From: Tricharina praecox
Taxonomy: Eukaryota
Reading direction: 5' to 3'
DNA length: 64,000 nt
NCBI RefSeq assembly: GCF_024521635.1
Contig: NW_026250409.1
Coordinates: forward strand, 310,001 to 374,000
Made by a program: the position numbers and the translations under genes. The notes beneath the pieces were generated by a model. The model saw only the letters and a program-made list of their open reading frames with translations, was not told the DNA's origin and did not search any database. Position 1 is the stretch's first letter. Each line of letters opens with the position of its first letter. Shown piece after piece: positions 53,796 through 64,000 of the stretch.

Positions 53796-54282
53796 CTGGT
53801 GGTGGTTGTGTTATGGTGCTGCTGCGATTCAAGTGCAGGTTGACATCATGTCACAGTCCCCAGTTCCGAGCTGGAGCTCTCGCTTATATAGACTATCCGG
53901 TCGATCCCCTAGGTGCCTACATGTGCATATCAGATGCATACATGTGCATACACCATACACCACACGTATCCCTTGACCTCTCGAGCATCTCAAGACTCAA
54001 ACATTGAACTGCTTCATTCAAAAATTACATCCATATCTCTATATCTTCCTCTCGTCTTCACAGCATCTAACTAAGTACATGAGTAACTACAGCAACCAAA
54101 AGCCCGTTAGAAAAACAAAACAGCCCATCAAAAACAAATCCCAAACTCCAGGTATAGGTATATCGATCCCGCGTTGTCATCCTCCCGTCGTTCTCCCGTC
54201 GTCTATCCATTATTTTATTTTTTTACACTCCCCCCATTCCCTTCCACATTCCCTTCCTTCTATTAACACCCCCCCCCCCCCA

Positions 54283-57200
54283 CTATGCCGTCTTCTCAAG
54301 ACTCTGCATCTTGACGAGCTCGTAGTACTTCTTCTTGAGCGCGAGCAGTTCAAAGTGCGTACCGCTCTCGACCACGCGTCCACCGTCGAACACATAGATG
54401 ACGTCCGCCTTCTGGATCGTCGACAGCCTATTCGTATTCCGTTAGCATTCATAGAAATCAAAACACCAAAAAGGTATGGAAAGTAAGTGAGTAAGTAAGT
54501 ACCTATGAGCCACCGCGACCGTGGTCCGTCCCTTCGCCGCAGCATCCAGAGCCGCCTGGACAACCTTCTCGCTCTCCGAATCAAGCGCGGAGGTAGCCTC
54601 ATCGAGGAGGAGGACCTTGGGGTTCCTGATGAGCGCGCGGGCGATCGCGATACGCTGTTTCTGACCGCCGGAGAGCAGGGCGCCCTTGGAGCCACAGAGG
54701 GTATTGAAGCCCTCGGGGAGGGACATGATGAAGTCGTAGATATTGGCGTCTTTGCAGGCCTTCTCGACCTCGGCGTCCGAGACGTTCTTGCGGTCGCCGC
54801 CGAGGAGGATGTTTTCCTTGATGGTGCCCTGGTACAGCGTGGGTTCCTGCGAGACGAGCGCGATGTGGCTGCGGTACTCGTTGAGCCGGAGCGTCGAGAT
54901 CTCCTTGCCGTCGACGAAGACGCCACCCGCGAGCGGGTTGTAGAAGCGCTCGATCAGTGAGATGGTCGTGGATTTGCCGCAGCCGGACGGCCCGACGAGC
55001 GCTACGTATTGCCCGGGCTTGACGGTCAGGTCGAGGCCGCGGAGAACGGGCTGCTCGGGACGCGTGGGGTAGCGGAAGTGCACGTCGCGGAACTCGATGG
55101 CGCCTTCCATCTCGGGCACGGCCTCTCCCTCGGAGCTCCACGAGTCGATCTCCGGCTTGCGGTCGAAGAGGATCTTGAGATTGTTGGCAGCCTGGCGGGA
55201 CTTGGCAGCGTCCTGGGTGAAGGAGATGACGGTTCCAGCAGACTGCGCACCGAAGATGATGGCGGTGAAGACCAGGAAGAACTTCATCATGTCGTACTCG
55301 CCGGAGCGGATCAAGCTACCTCCGTACCAAAAGCCGAGGGCCATGCAGAGGAACATGAGAGACTGCGAGGCGGCATAGAGGCTGCTGCTCTTGAGGATGC
55401 TGATGAGACTAACTTTGGCCTGTTCCGTGAGTTGGCCGTGGTAGGTGTTCCAGACATCACGCTCGCGGGCCAAACTAGCCACAGTCCTGATGGCGGCGGT
55501 GGCCTCGCAGGCGTAACTGGCGGATTTCTCGTAGGCGGCTTTCGAGCGGCGCTGGAACTGGGCAAGCATCCAGAATCGGAGGAATCCACAAGCGAGCAGG
55601 ATCGGAATGGTCGCCGTGCAAACCAAAGCCAGCTTCCATCCGATAGCGAGACCCACAACCATAGCCGAAACGAGAGTCGTGATGACCGCGAGGATTGTGC
55701 CGAGGGTGACACCAGACATGCCGGCAAGATGAGTAGCCTCTGTGCTCAGGAAACTAGTCAGAGCACCAGTGCTGTTCTCCTCCTTATCGAAGAAAGCAAT
55801 GTCCTGTCGGAGCATGGTCCTGAACGCCTGGTCCCTGACTCGGTGCACCAACTTCTCGGCGCACAAAGCAAAGCAGTAGCCTTGGCCCATGTATGCAATC
55901 AACTGCACGAACGCAAGCATGAGGTACATTCCGGACCAGAAGTTTGCATCCTTGCGGACCTGATCGAACTCGGACGGGGGTCTGGACAGAGCCGTGATAG
56001 CCTTAGCGAAGATGACTGCCTGGGTCGGGTATCCTCCACCACAGATGACGGACATTCCGAGTCCGACAAGCATGTAGCCCTTCTCTGATTTGTTGAATCC
56101 AGCTGTCATCTTGACCAAAGTCCAGAACGGGTACTCGGTCTTGTCGTCCTGGGACCTGTTCTCAAGAGCCACGGACGACTTAGACTTGGTGGTTGTGGTG
56201 CGGTTGAGCTTGTCGTGGATGGCCTCATCGTCGGGATCGATTGGGACCATTCCGCGTCCGGAAGCACGGCTGCGAGTGACCTTGAGCTTGAGTTCCTCAT
56301 CATCGTCGGTGGTTTCGGTGAGCGTGTTCTCGCTGGAGGCGGCGATGCGTTGGGCCTCGACCAGCTGGAAATATGCGCCCCTCTTCTCCAAAAGTTCGTC
56401 GTGCCTTCCCTGTTCGACGATACGACCTGCAGTCATGACGACGATGTTGTGTGCGGATTTGATGGTACTGAGACGGTGAGCGATCACGATGGTAGTTCTT
56501 CCCTGGGCGGCGGCATCAAGAGCAGCCTGGACAACACCCTCGGATCGGGTATCCAACGCGGAGGTGGCCTCGTCCAAGAGCAGGATCTTCGGGTCGCTAA
56601 CAATCGCACGGGCAATGGCAATTCTCTGCTTCTGTCCACCGCTCATCAAGAATCCTCGCTCTCCAACGTTGGTCTCGTATCCCTCGGGAAGGGACCGAAT
56701 GAAGCCGTCCGCGTTACTCATGATGCAAGCCTTGACCACGAGATCGCGTTTGGCCTCTTCGGATGCATTCTCGTGCTTGGTTCCGATCAGACCGTGGCAG
56801 ACGTTTCCGTAGATGGTGGTTCCGAACAGAACGGGCTCCTGAGACACGAGCGAGATCTGCTCTCTCAACCAGCGCAGGTTCAAGGTGCTGACATCGTGGC
56901 CGTCAAGGAAGACCTGGCCAGCGACAGGAGTGTAGAAACGCTCGACCAATCCCACGATGGTCGATTTTCCGGATCCGGACGCTCCGACGAGTGCGGTAAC
57001 CTTTCCAGCGGGGATCAAGAGGTTCATGTTGTTGATGACCTCGACAGAGGGTCGGCTAGGATAGATATGCTTGACGCCCCGGAGCTCGATGGTACCCTCG
57101 ACATGCTCGAGCTTGTCTCCTTCCTCAGAATCGGGGTTCAGCGGGGAAACACGGTCAATGGTGTTGTAGATCTTGGCGGCGGCAGAGACGGCGGTGGTGA

Positions 57201-58517
57201 ATGCTTGGATGTTAGGCGCAACATTGCCCAGGGAAAATGCACCGATCATGACAGCGAGCAGGACGGTTAAAATCGCACTAAGATTGGCGTCGCCACTGAC
57301 CAAAAACCGAGAGCCTTGCCAGAATGCGAGGCCTAGTATCATTGGTTAGCAAAAATTCAAAAAAAAAGAAGCACTCGAGCGGACAGTCAAGACAGAGATC
57401 ATACCATAGTTGAGGTAAACAACACACATCATTCCACCGATCATAGCGCCCATCAGCGCACGTTGCTTGAATCCCCAACCCTCGGCAACGGCCAGGTATC
57501 CGTCGTACTGCCTAGCGAGCTTATCCTGGGTATTGAAGGCCTGAGCGTTACGGATAGAGGATAGGACCTCCTCCGCAACCGTGCCTCCTTCAGCATACGA
57601 ATTGAGCGAATTCTTCGAGAACTTGATCATGAATCCCGAAGCACCACCGGTGATCATTACAATAGCCACGACGGTGGACATAAGGATCAGAGTCAGTTTC
57701 CATGACTTGATGAAAGCGATGACGAAGGCAGCGACGAAAGTGGCCAGGGCGGTCAGGGTGAGTCCGATCTTCTCCGAGATTCCCTCCTGCACCACGTTGG
57801 TGTCCGCCGTGATGCGCGTGGTGATCTCGCCGGCTCCGAGCTTGTCGAAGAAGCCAATGTTTTGCCGCAGGATCGCCTTCAGGTACGACTCCCGCACCTT
57901 GGACGCGATGTGCTCGCCCGTGTAGATGAAGGAGACCGTGCAGATGTACACCATCACGAACTCGCCGATGCCCAAGTAAAGAAAGTACCTAAGAGAATCC
58001 AGTCAGTTTCCTGCGTTCAATCAAAGGGGGAGGCCACAGGGGGCCACGAAGACGCGTACAGGGTAAACCGATTGATCTCGCTCTGCATGAAGCCGCTCGT
58101 AATCTTTCCCAGGGCAAAGTCCTGAAACGTCTGTGCCAACTGTCCAAACAGAATAGTCATAGTAGGAAGGATGGCACCACCGATGACGGCGGTGACACAT
58201 CCGATGGCAATAAATATCAGATCATTAGTGCTAGAAAACCTAAACAGACTCCAGTACGACAGGTCGACGACAGGGACGTCGATCTGTCTGCGGATGATTT
58301 CGCGCTCGTTTTCCGGCAGGTGCGAGAGCTCGTCTTCCTGCTGGCCCTCGGACTTCTTGACCTGGATGTGCGAGTCCAGCCGTTGCAAGGAGGAGTCCGC
58401 CGACGAGGACGACGACGACGCTGGCGCTATCGCTTGTTTCTCGTTGTCCTCGGCTTGTGGCCGTGCTGGTGCTGGTGTATCCACCGCTGGGCTTCCGCCC
58501 TTCTCTAGGTCCGCCAT
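54283..58517 (-). CDS. mdr1: Full-size ABCB/MDR1-type multidrug transporter; introns 57989-58059, 57333-57404, 54428-54502
   Basis: TMD-NBD-TMD-NBD. Walker A GASGSGKS and GPSGCGKS, signature (M/L)[24 protein letters not shown] and AHRLSTI. Confidence 0.97.
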
Positions 58518-61500
58518 GGCTGGGCCTATCTAGGTGTGTGCCGAAAACGTATCTCGAACTGGTGTCCGATTCTTGAGTATTTTGTATTTGAGTGGGAGTT
58601 CCCTGCAAGAGAAAAAAAAACAAATACAAGACGTCAGCGAACTGCCATGATGAATTCCGGCTGTTGCAACCGGGAATTTTTTTGTGTAGATCCTCCACCC
58701 GTGTCTCGCCACTCAACATTCGGGGACCGTTGACTTTGACTTGACTGACCTGAGATGCAAACTGCCTGTGGTGGTGAACGTTGGGCGGTTTCTGGTGTGA
58801 GTGTGGGGTGGGATTTGCCTCCTGTGATACGGCGGGAGGGACGTAAAGGTTTATGTAGGCAGGGCAAAAACGGGCAAAGCTGAAGGCGCCGGAATTGCGG
58901 GGTCGTGTGTATGCGGTACGGGATCGAGAGGCGAATGTCCAAGAGGCGGAAGGATATCCAGCTACCTATATGTAGGACCGGTACGGACTAGCTCCCGAGT
59001 GGGACACGGCGGCACAGCTGCGGTAGACCAAGTACCGTATGTACCAGTAACTTCGGTAGTAGCAGATCTCCAGCGTCCGGACTCTGCAGAGAAGAAGTCA
59101 ATTCACAGGCAGGAGCAGCAGTTAACTCCGGTAGAGCACGTATAGAAAGGGGAGAATCAATTCTACATTTCCAGGACAGGAAAGCGGAAGGGCCTGTCGT
59201 CTGCGTAACCAGAATAGAGTAGAGTATCTACCAGTGATGCTCTACTAGTCGGTTATTCTAGATTAGAGTAGAAAGTAGGCTCGCCTGCCCAGCACCCATG
59301 GCGGGACTTTTATTCGGCTTACACGCTACTGTGACACTGCGCAACTTGCATCTTTCCGTCCGTCAGCCACGTAACCGAGCTGGCGGACGGGGCTGCAAAT
59401 GATTCTTCCAGAGCACGCAAACAAAGCCTCGTTGGGGCAATGGTCTGAGTGGGTGGATGAGTGAGTGGGTGTGGGGGGGTGTGCAGCATCGACGCGCAAG
59501 AAGAGCAGTCATATCTACCTGCACACCCTCAAAGGGGGTTTCGATGCCGGTCGACTCATGCCATGAGTCTTCCTGATTGCGAGCAGCAAACAGGTAGCAG
59601 GTACATACGGTAGATAATAATGATGGATCGGGTCCATCGCGGTGGATGCCCGCCTGGGTGGTTATCGGTTGCGCCGGTCGGCGTCGAATGCCCCCGAGTG
59701 CCACTGCCAAACCGCATACTGCTGAGTGATCCAGATCGGTCCGTGCAACCCGGGCCCCTGCCCTGGGAGTTAGGGTTCTTCTACGGAGATATCGGACATT
59801 CATCACGCCGCGTGAGTCATGGTGAGTTACCGGAGGACCGTAGAGGTCGCGGGATAGTATGTGTGTGTATGTTCATAGGTGAGAATCTATATACTACCTG
59901 TTTGCAGATGGTGTGTCCGTAGAATAGAGTAGAGCTCTGCTTTGCTTTGCTTTGGTGATTGATAATTCGTACATGGAGTTGCAGATTGGCCAGGAGCCAG
60001 GAAAGGAGATTCTCGTACGGTGGAGGGGGGGGGGGGGGGTGCGCGGCAGACTCTATCCCCCCTCCCGAATACGAGCGCCCGGAACGATTACGGCGACTGT
60101 GGGTCAGCGAGTGGAGAAAACAAGCTTTCATGATCTCACCACTCCACCTGGGTATCTCCATACCACGATAGGTGTGCACATACTCTACACACACTCTACC
60201 CGTGCCCATCGGAGTCCCTTACCGCCCACCCGCCCGCCCTCGTCCCACGAACCAAAAAGGCCGACCAGAGTGAGCAAAAAAGGATCATGACGGTTCGCGA
60301 TATTCTAGACAGTCTGCAAGCGAAATAAATAGAAGATCCCTCTCGCTCCCATGAATCAGACCCGTTTCGCCGCGTTCCGAAACAGCCAGGATCGAAGCTG
60401 TCAAGTCAAGAGAAGCCAAGTCAGCTCTCGTCGACTCTCGTCGTCGCGTGCTCCAGATGTGCTCTAGATGTGGTGCGCCACGCGCTTGACTCTAGCTCGC
60501 GATCGGGAGCGAGAGCGAGAGCTCGCTGCTCGACAGATGAGACTCCAGTTAGCACCTGCACCTCATTAGCCGCCAATACATGTGCCAATACCGTATGTAC
60601 CATGCACATCTTCGGATCTCGGGTCTCGGCTTCGGAGAATGTGCCACTATCATCCCCCCCCCTCAGACTCCCAGAGAGCGAGGGAGTGAGGGAACCACGC
60701 CGTAGTTTTCATGGCAAAGTGAGATTCGAGCGTGCGTGCACAGGGGAGTACGTTTCCGGGAGGGCGAGAGGGCGCGAGGGGTTAATACGAACGAACATCG
60801 GCTTACCGGCACCACCACCACCACCAACCCCCACGGTGAGTACTCTAGGTAGCCGGACGAACATCTCGCCGCACAGGCCAGAAAAAACCAGAATCCCCGT
60901 ATGTATAGGGTACTCGTATGTACCATATCTACTCTACATACTACCTACTAGTAGTAAAGCATCTACGCCAGCCTTCCTCTCCTCTCCGAACTGGCGCATA
61001 CGAGTCCGCACGGAACGGCATCTAGGAATCCCCCCCCTCCTCCCCATCGCGCAATCGCATTAAGCATAACATGAGTACATACCTTCCATCCGACTCCCGA
61101 GTTGCAGGGACTGCACGAAGTTCGAACAAGCTTTGCCTGCGTTGCCATCCGCGCGGGCAGCACTTTTAAGCACCGCCTTTTAGCCACCCGCCGAAACCGA
61201 GATATGCATCCGTGACCCTATCTCTATCTCCATCTCTATCTCGTGAAGTCAAAGCATCGAGTCCTCGCCTATCTTGCCTTCTCACGGCGGGGAAGGGGGG
61301 GAACGAAGAAGGAAAGGATTGGTGCTGAGGTGCATGGATGCCAGAGCTCGAGGGGGAGGGACGGAATGACTGATCCTCCGTCTCCGCCTCCGCCTCCGCC
61401 TCCGCCTTTGCATCCGCGCGCGCTCGCCGCCGCTCGGGCCATATGGTGGTGTCGAGTCGAGCTTTCGATTGAACGGCAAGAAGAAAATCATTTGTGGATA

Positions 61501-62181
61501 TCGCATCCCATTCGTTCAGCGATGTGCAGTGATCATCTGTAGATTGGCTCGTAACGGCCTATCATAGTAGGTAGTTAAACGCGATCCCCGAATCGAACCT
61601 TGTATGTGTGTAGGTGGTCGCGTCGCTGTATGGATGGATGGCCCTCCATATGGTACATAACAGACCAGTCTAGAGTACAGTACTCTATATAACTACTACA
61701 TTATGTAGGTTCCTAGTACTAGTAGATATCTCCAGCGTCGTCAGCTTTTGACTGGAGACTGGCTCCAGGGCCGGTGGAAGTTTATGTAGGTATACGAACA
61801 GCTCTGCGATCATATGTAAAGTACTCACAACTTCCTAGCGCTTCTGCCCAGTGCCCTGCCCTGCTCTAGTAGGTAAACATCACTTTCTTTGCTTTTCTCC
61901 CGCAAAGTTAAATCCAAACCCAAACCGCCCCGCCCCCGCCCCCCACTGCCCACTGCCCACCCGGGCCACCCACGCACGCCCCTTTTATTCCAATCGCACC
62001 CCTGACTCGGATTTCCGGATCTCAGACTCCCCCCCAGACTCCCACTAAAGGAATGTCTCAGGGATGCTCGGGTTCCGCCAAACTCCATGCTTCCGGACGG
62101 GTTCCAGGAACGTGGGTGGATGTTGCTAGTGGTAGTGGTTGGCCTAGCCCAGCTTATGTGTGACATGCAAGCGAGTAAACG

Positions 62182-63316
62182 AAGGCTGAAGCTTGAGGCC
62201 GCAACCACCACCACCACCACCATCGCCACGATGTAAACATCCGACGAATGGATTGATGGTTGAGGTTGGATGGGCGGGTGGGTTTGGATTTCGGGCATGT
62301 TACCGATAGAAGGTACTTTTCAGGCGTGTCGCACCCGGCACGAACCGTGGGGTCGTGTGGTCGTGTAGTCGGGTGGTGGGCTGTGAAGGCTGTGAAGGCT
62401 GAAGTGAAGGCCGAAGCCTGAGGACCAATGGACGGACGGGCGAGGTTGGATGGGATGGAAGAAAGGGTTGGAATTTTGGTCATGTTACCGATAGACGGTG
62501 CTTTGCAGGCGTGTGGCGCCCGGCGCGGGCCGCGAGGTCGTCTGGTCGTGTGGTGGGCCGCCGCCGCTGCCGCCTCCCGGCGTCACGGTGGGAGTCACCG
62601 AGTCCGTTACGGACTCACGGGTGCCTAGAGTACTCTATTGTGCCGTAGGCCCGTAGGTATAATAGCAGTCCGAGTACTACCCAACACTCCGCCGCCCGGC
62701 GAGCACTCAGCACTCTGACTCCGCACTCTGACATCTCACATGCCGGATCCATCATCCACGGGGTATATATGCCAACCATACGCAATCACGACCGTTTCGG
62801 GTAAGCAAGCCTCACCCCCGTAAAAAAAAAAGGCTGACGTGGAGGCTGATGAGGAGGCCGCAACCACCATGACAATGCGGGCACAAAACAACTGATGAAT
62901 GGACGGGCGGTCGAGGATGGATGGGTTTAGGTATTTTACCTATGGTAGGTACTTTTTAGGCCTGTGGCATCCTGCGCGGGCCGCGAAGTCGTGTAGTCGT
63001 GTGGTCGGGTGGTGGGCTGCACTGGGCCGTACGGTATAATGTATTAGCCGCCGCCGCCATCATTGCTGTCACGGTGGGAGTCACCGAGCCCGTTGCGGAC
63101 TCACGGGTGCCTAGATTAACTACGGGTACCGTATCTTACGGCACAATACCGTGCCGTAGGCCCGTAGGTATAATTGTAGTCCGAGTACAACCACCCGACA
63201 ATTCGCCGGCCAGTGAGCACTCTGACTCCGCACTCTGACATGTCACATGACGGATCCACGGGCGTCCACGGGGTATGCCAACCATACGCGATCACGACCG
63301 TTTCGGGTAAGCAAGC
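62182..63316. repeat. Diverged tandem duplication: 5' module x3 (~62182-62383, 62396-62558, 62831-63020) and 3' module x2 (~62558-62810, 63046-63316)
   Basis: Shared blocks include GAGGCCGCAACCACCA, GTCACGGTGGGAGTCACCGAG, GTGCCGTAGGCCCGTAGGTATAAT, CTCTGACTCCGCACTCTGACAT and ATCACGACCGTTTCGGGTAAGCAAGC. Confidence 0.9.
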
Positions 63317-64000
63317 AAGCACAACTCGTCACTTGCTTAACTACGTCCGGAGTCCGGACGCATCCTCGACAGGTGGCCGCGACACCACTACACCACTGTA
63401 CGAGTGATCACAAGCGATCACTCACCTCGCACGGCGCCGAACCGAGACGAGCGGGCCGGACGGGCTGAACGGCGCCGGGAGGAGTGGGAGGTGTGAGGGG
63501 AGAGCAGTACTCTACTCTACTCTAACTCTACATACTCTACATAACTGCCATGATCCTTCGATAAGGCCGAGTACGATGACGATTAACCAAACCCGAAACC
63601 GAAAACCAAAAAAAGCAAAAAGCAAAACGAACTCCGAGCTGAACGACTCTAGAGCCGCAGGATCGATTGCGCGGAAGTCAAGGAACCCGCAATCCCGGCC
63701 GCGGTTTAACTGCACGAGTGATGACTCACAAGACAGACAGACAGACAGGCACCAACCGGGTCCGTCGTGCTTCCGGTTTCCGGCATCAGCATCAGCATCA
63801 GCATCGGCATGTTCACCGGACGAGATAGCATATTAGATATTGGATATTGGAGACCCATCCGCCCCATACGCCCCATACGCCCCACACGTCTGGACCGACG
63901 GACTCGGATTGACCCGATCTTGTTGGGGGTTGGGGGTTGACCTTGAATGTATGATACTAACCGGTAGGTATACCCACCTATGTCTATTTCTATGTCTATG

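Noticed and set aside
55009..57270. Long + strand ORFs of 359 and 351 aa
   Set aside because: Antisense shadows of the codon-biased MDR1 CDS, with no protein motifs.
61585..61602. GGTTCGATTC (minus strand) resembling a tRNA T-loop/B-box
   Set aside because: No T-stem pairing, cloverleaf or A-box.
62845..62900. CTGATGA motifs suggesting a hammerhead ribozyme or C/D snoRNA
   Set aside because: No stem II followed by GAAA, and no convincing C/D box pair with a terminal stem.

Overview
Gene-dense eukaryotic chromosome segment from a filamentous ascomycete fungus, shown by short GT..AG introns with CTRAC/CTAAC branch sites and fungal-type genes. A Pezizomycetes origin is plausible but is only an inference. 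I hand-assembled about 20 genes, many invisible or fragmented in the ORF track because of introns: PAP2 lipid phosphatase, Mek1-like FHA kinase, RPS17, RPL37, SUZ-domain protein, Sed5, Bre2/Ash2, Skp1, Smp3, RPL39, Hsp9/12, an ankyrin-like repeat protein, RPL41, RPA49, Sec72, Ess2/DGCR14, Rba50, Cbp6-like, Gcn2, a Cut12-domain protein, Swi5/Sae3 and an MDR1-type ABC transporter. There are also a few orphan ORFs and several minisatellites. I found no tRNA/rRNA, CRISPR array or intact transposon, and no clearly novel multi-gene system. The best leads are: a 25-aa RPL41 gene whose start codon is split by an intron; promoter motifs shared among the clustered ribosomal protein genes; a duplicated, possibly structured non-coding module at 62.2-63.3 kb; and a 257-codon open frame running in-frame into SMP3. 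Exon boundaries were read by eye and may be off by a few nt.
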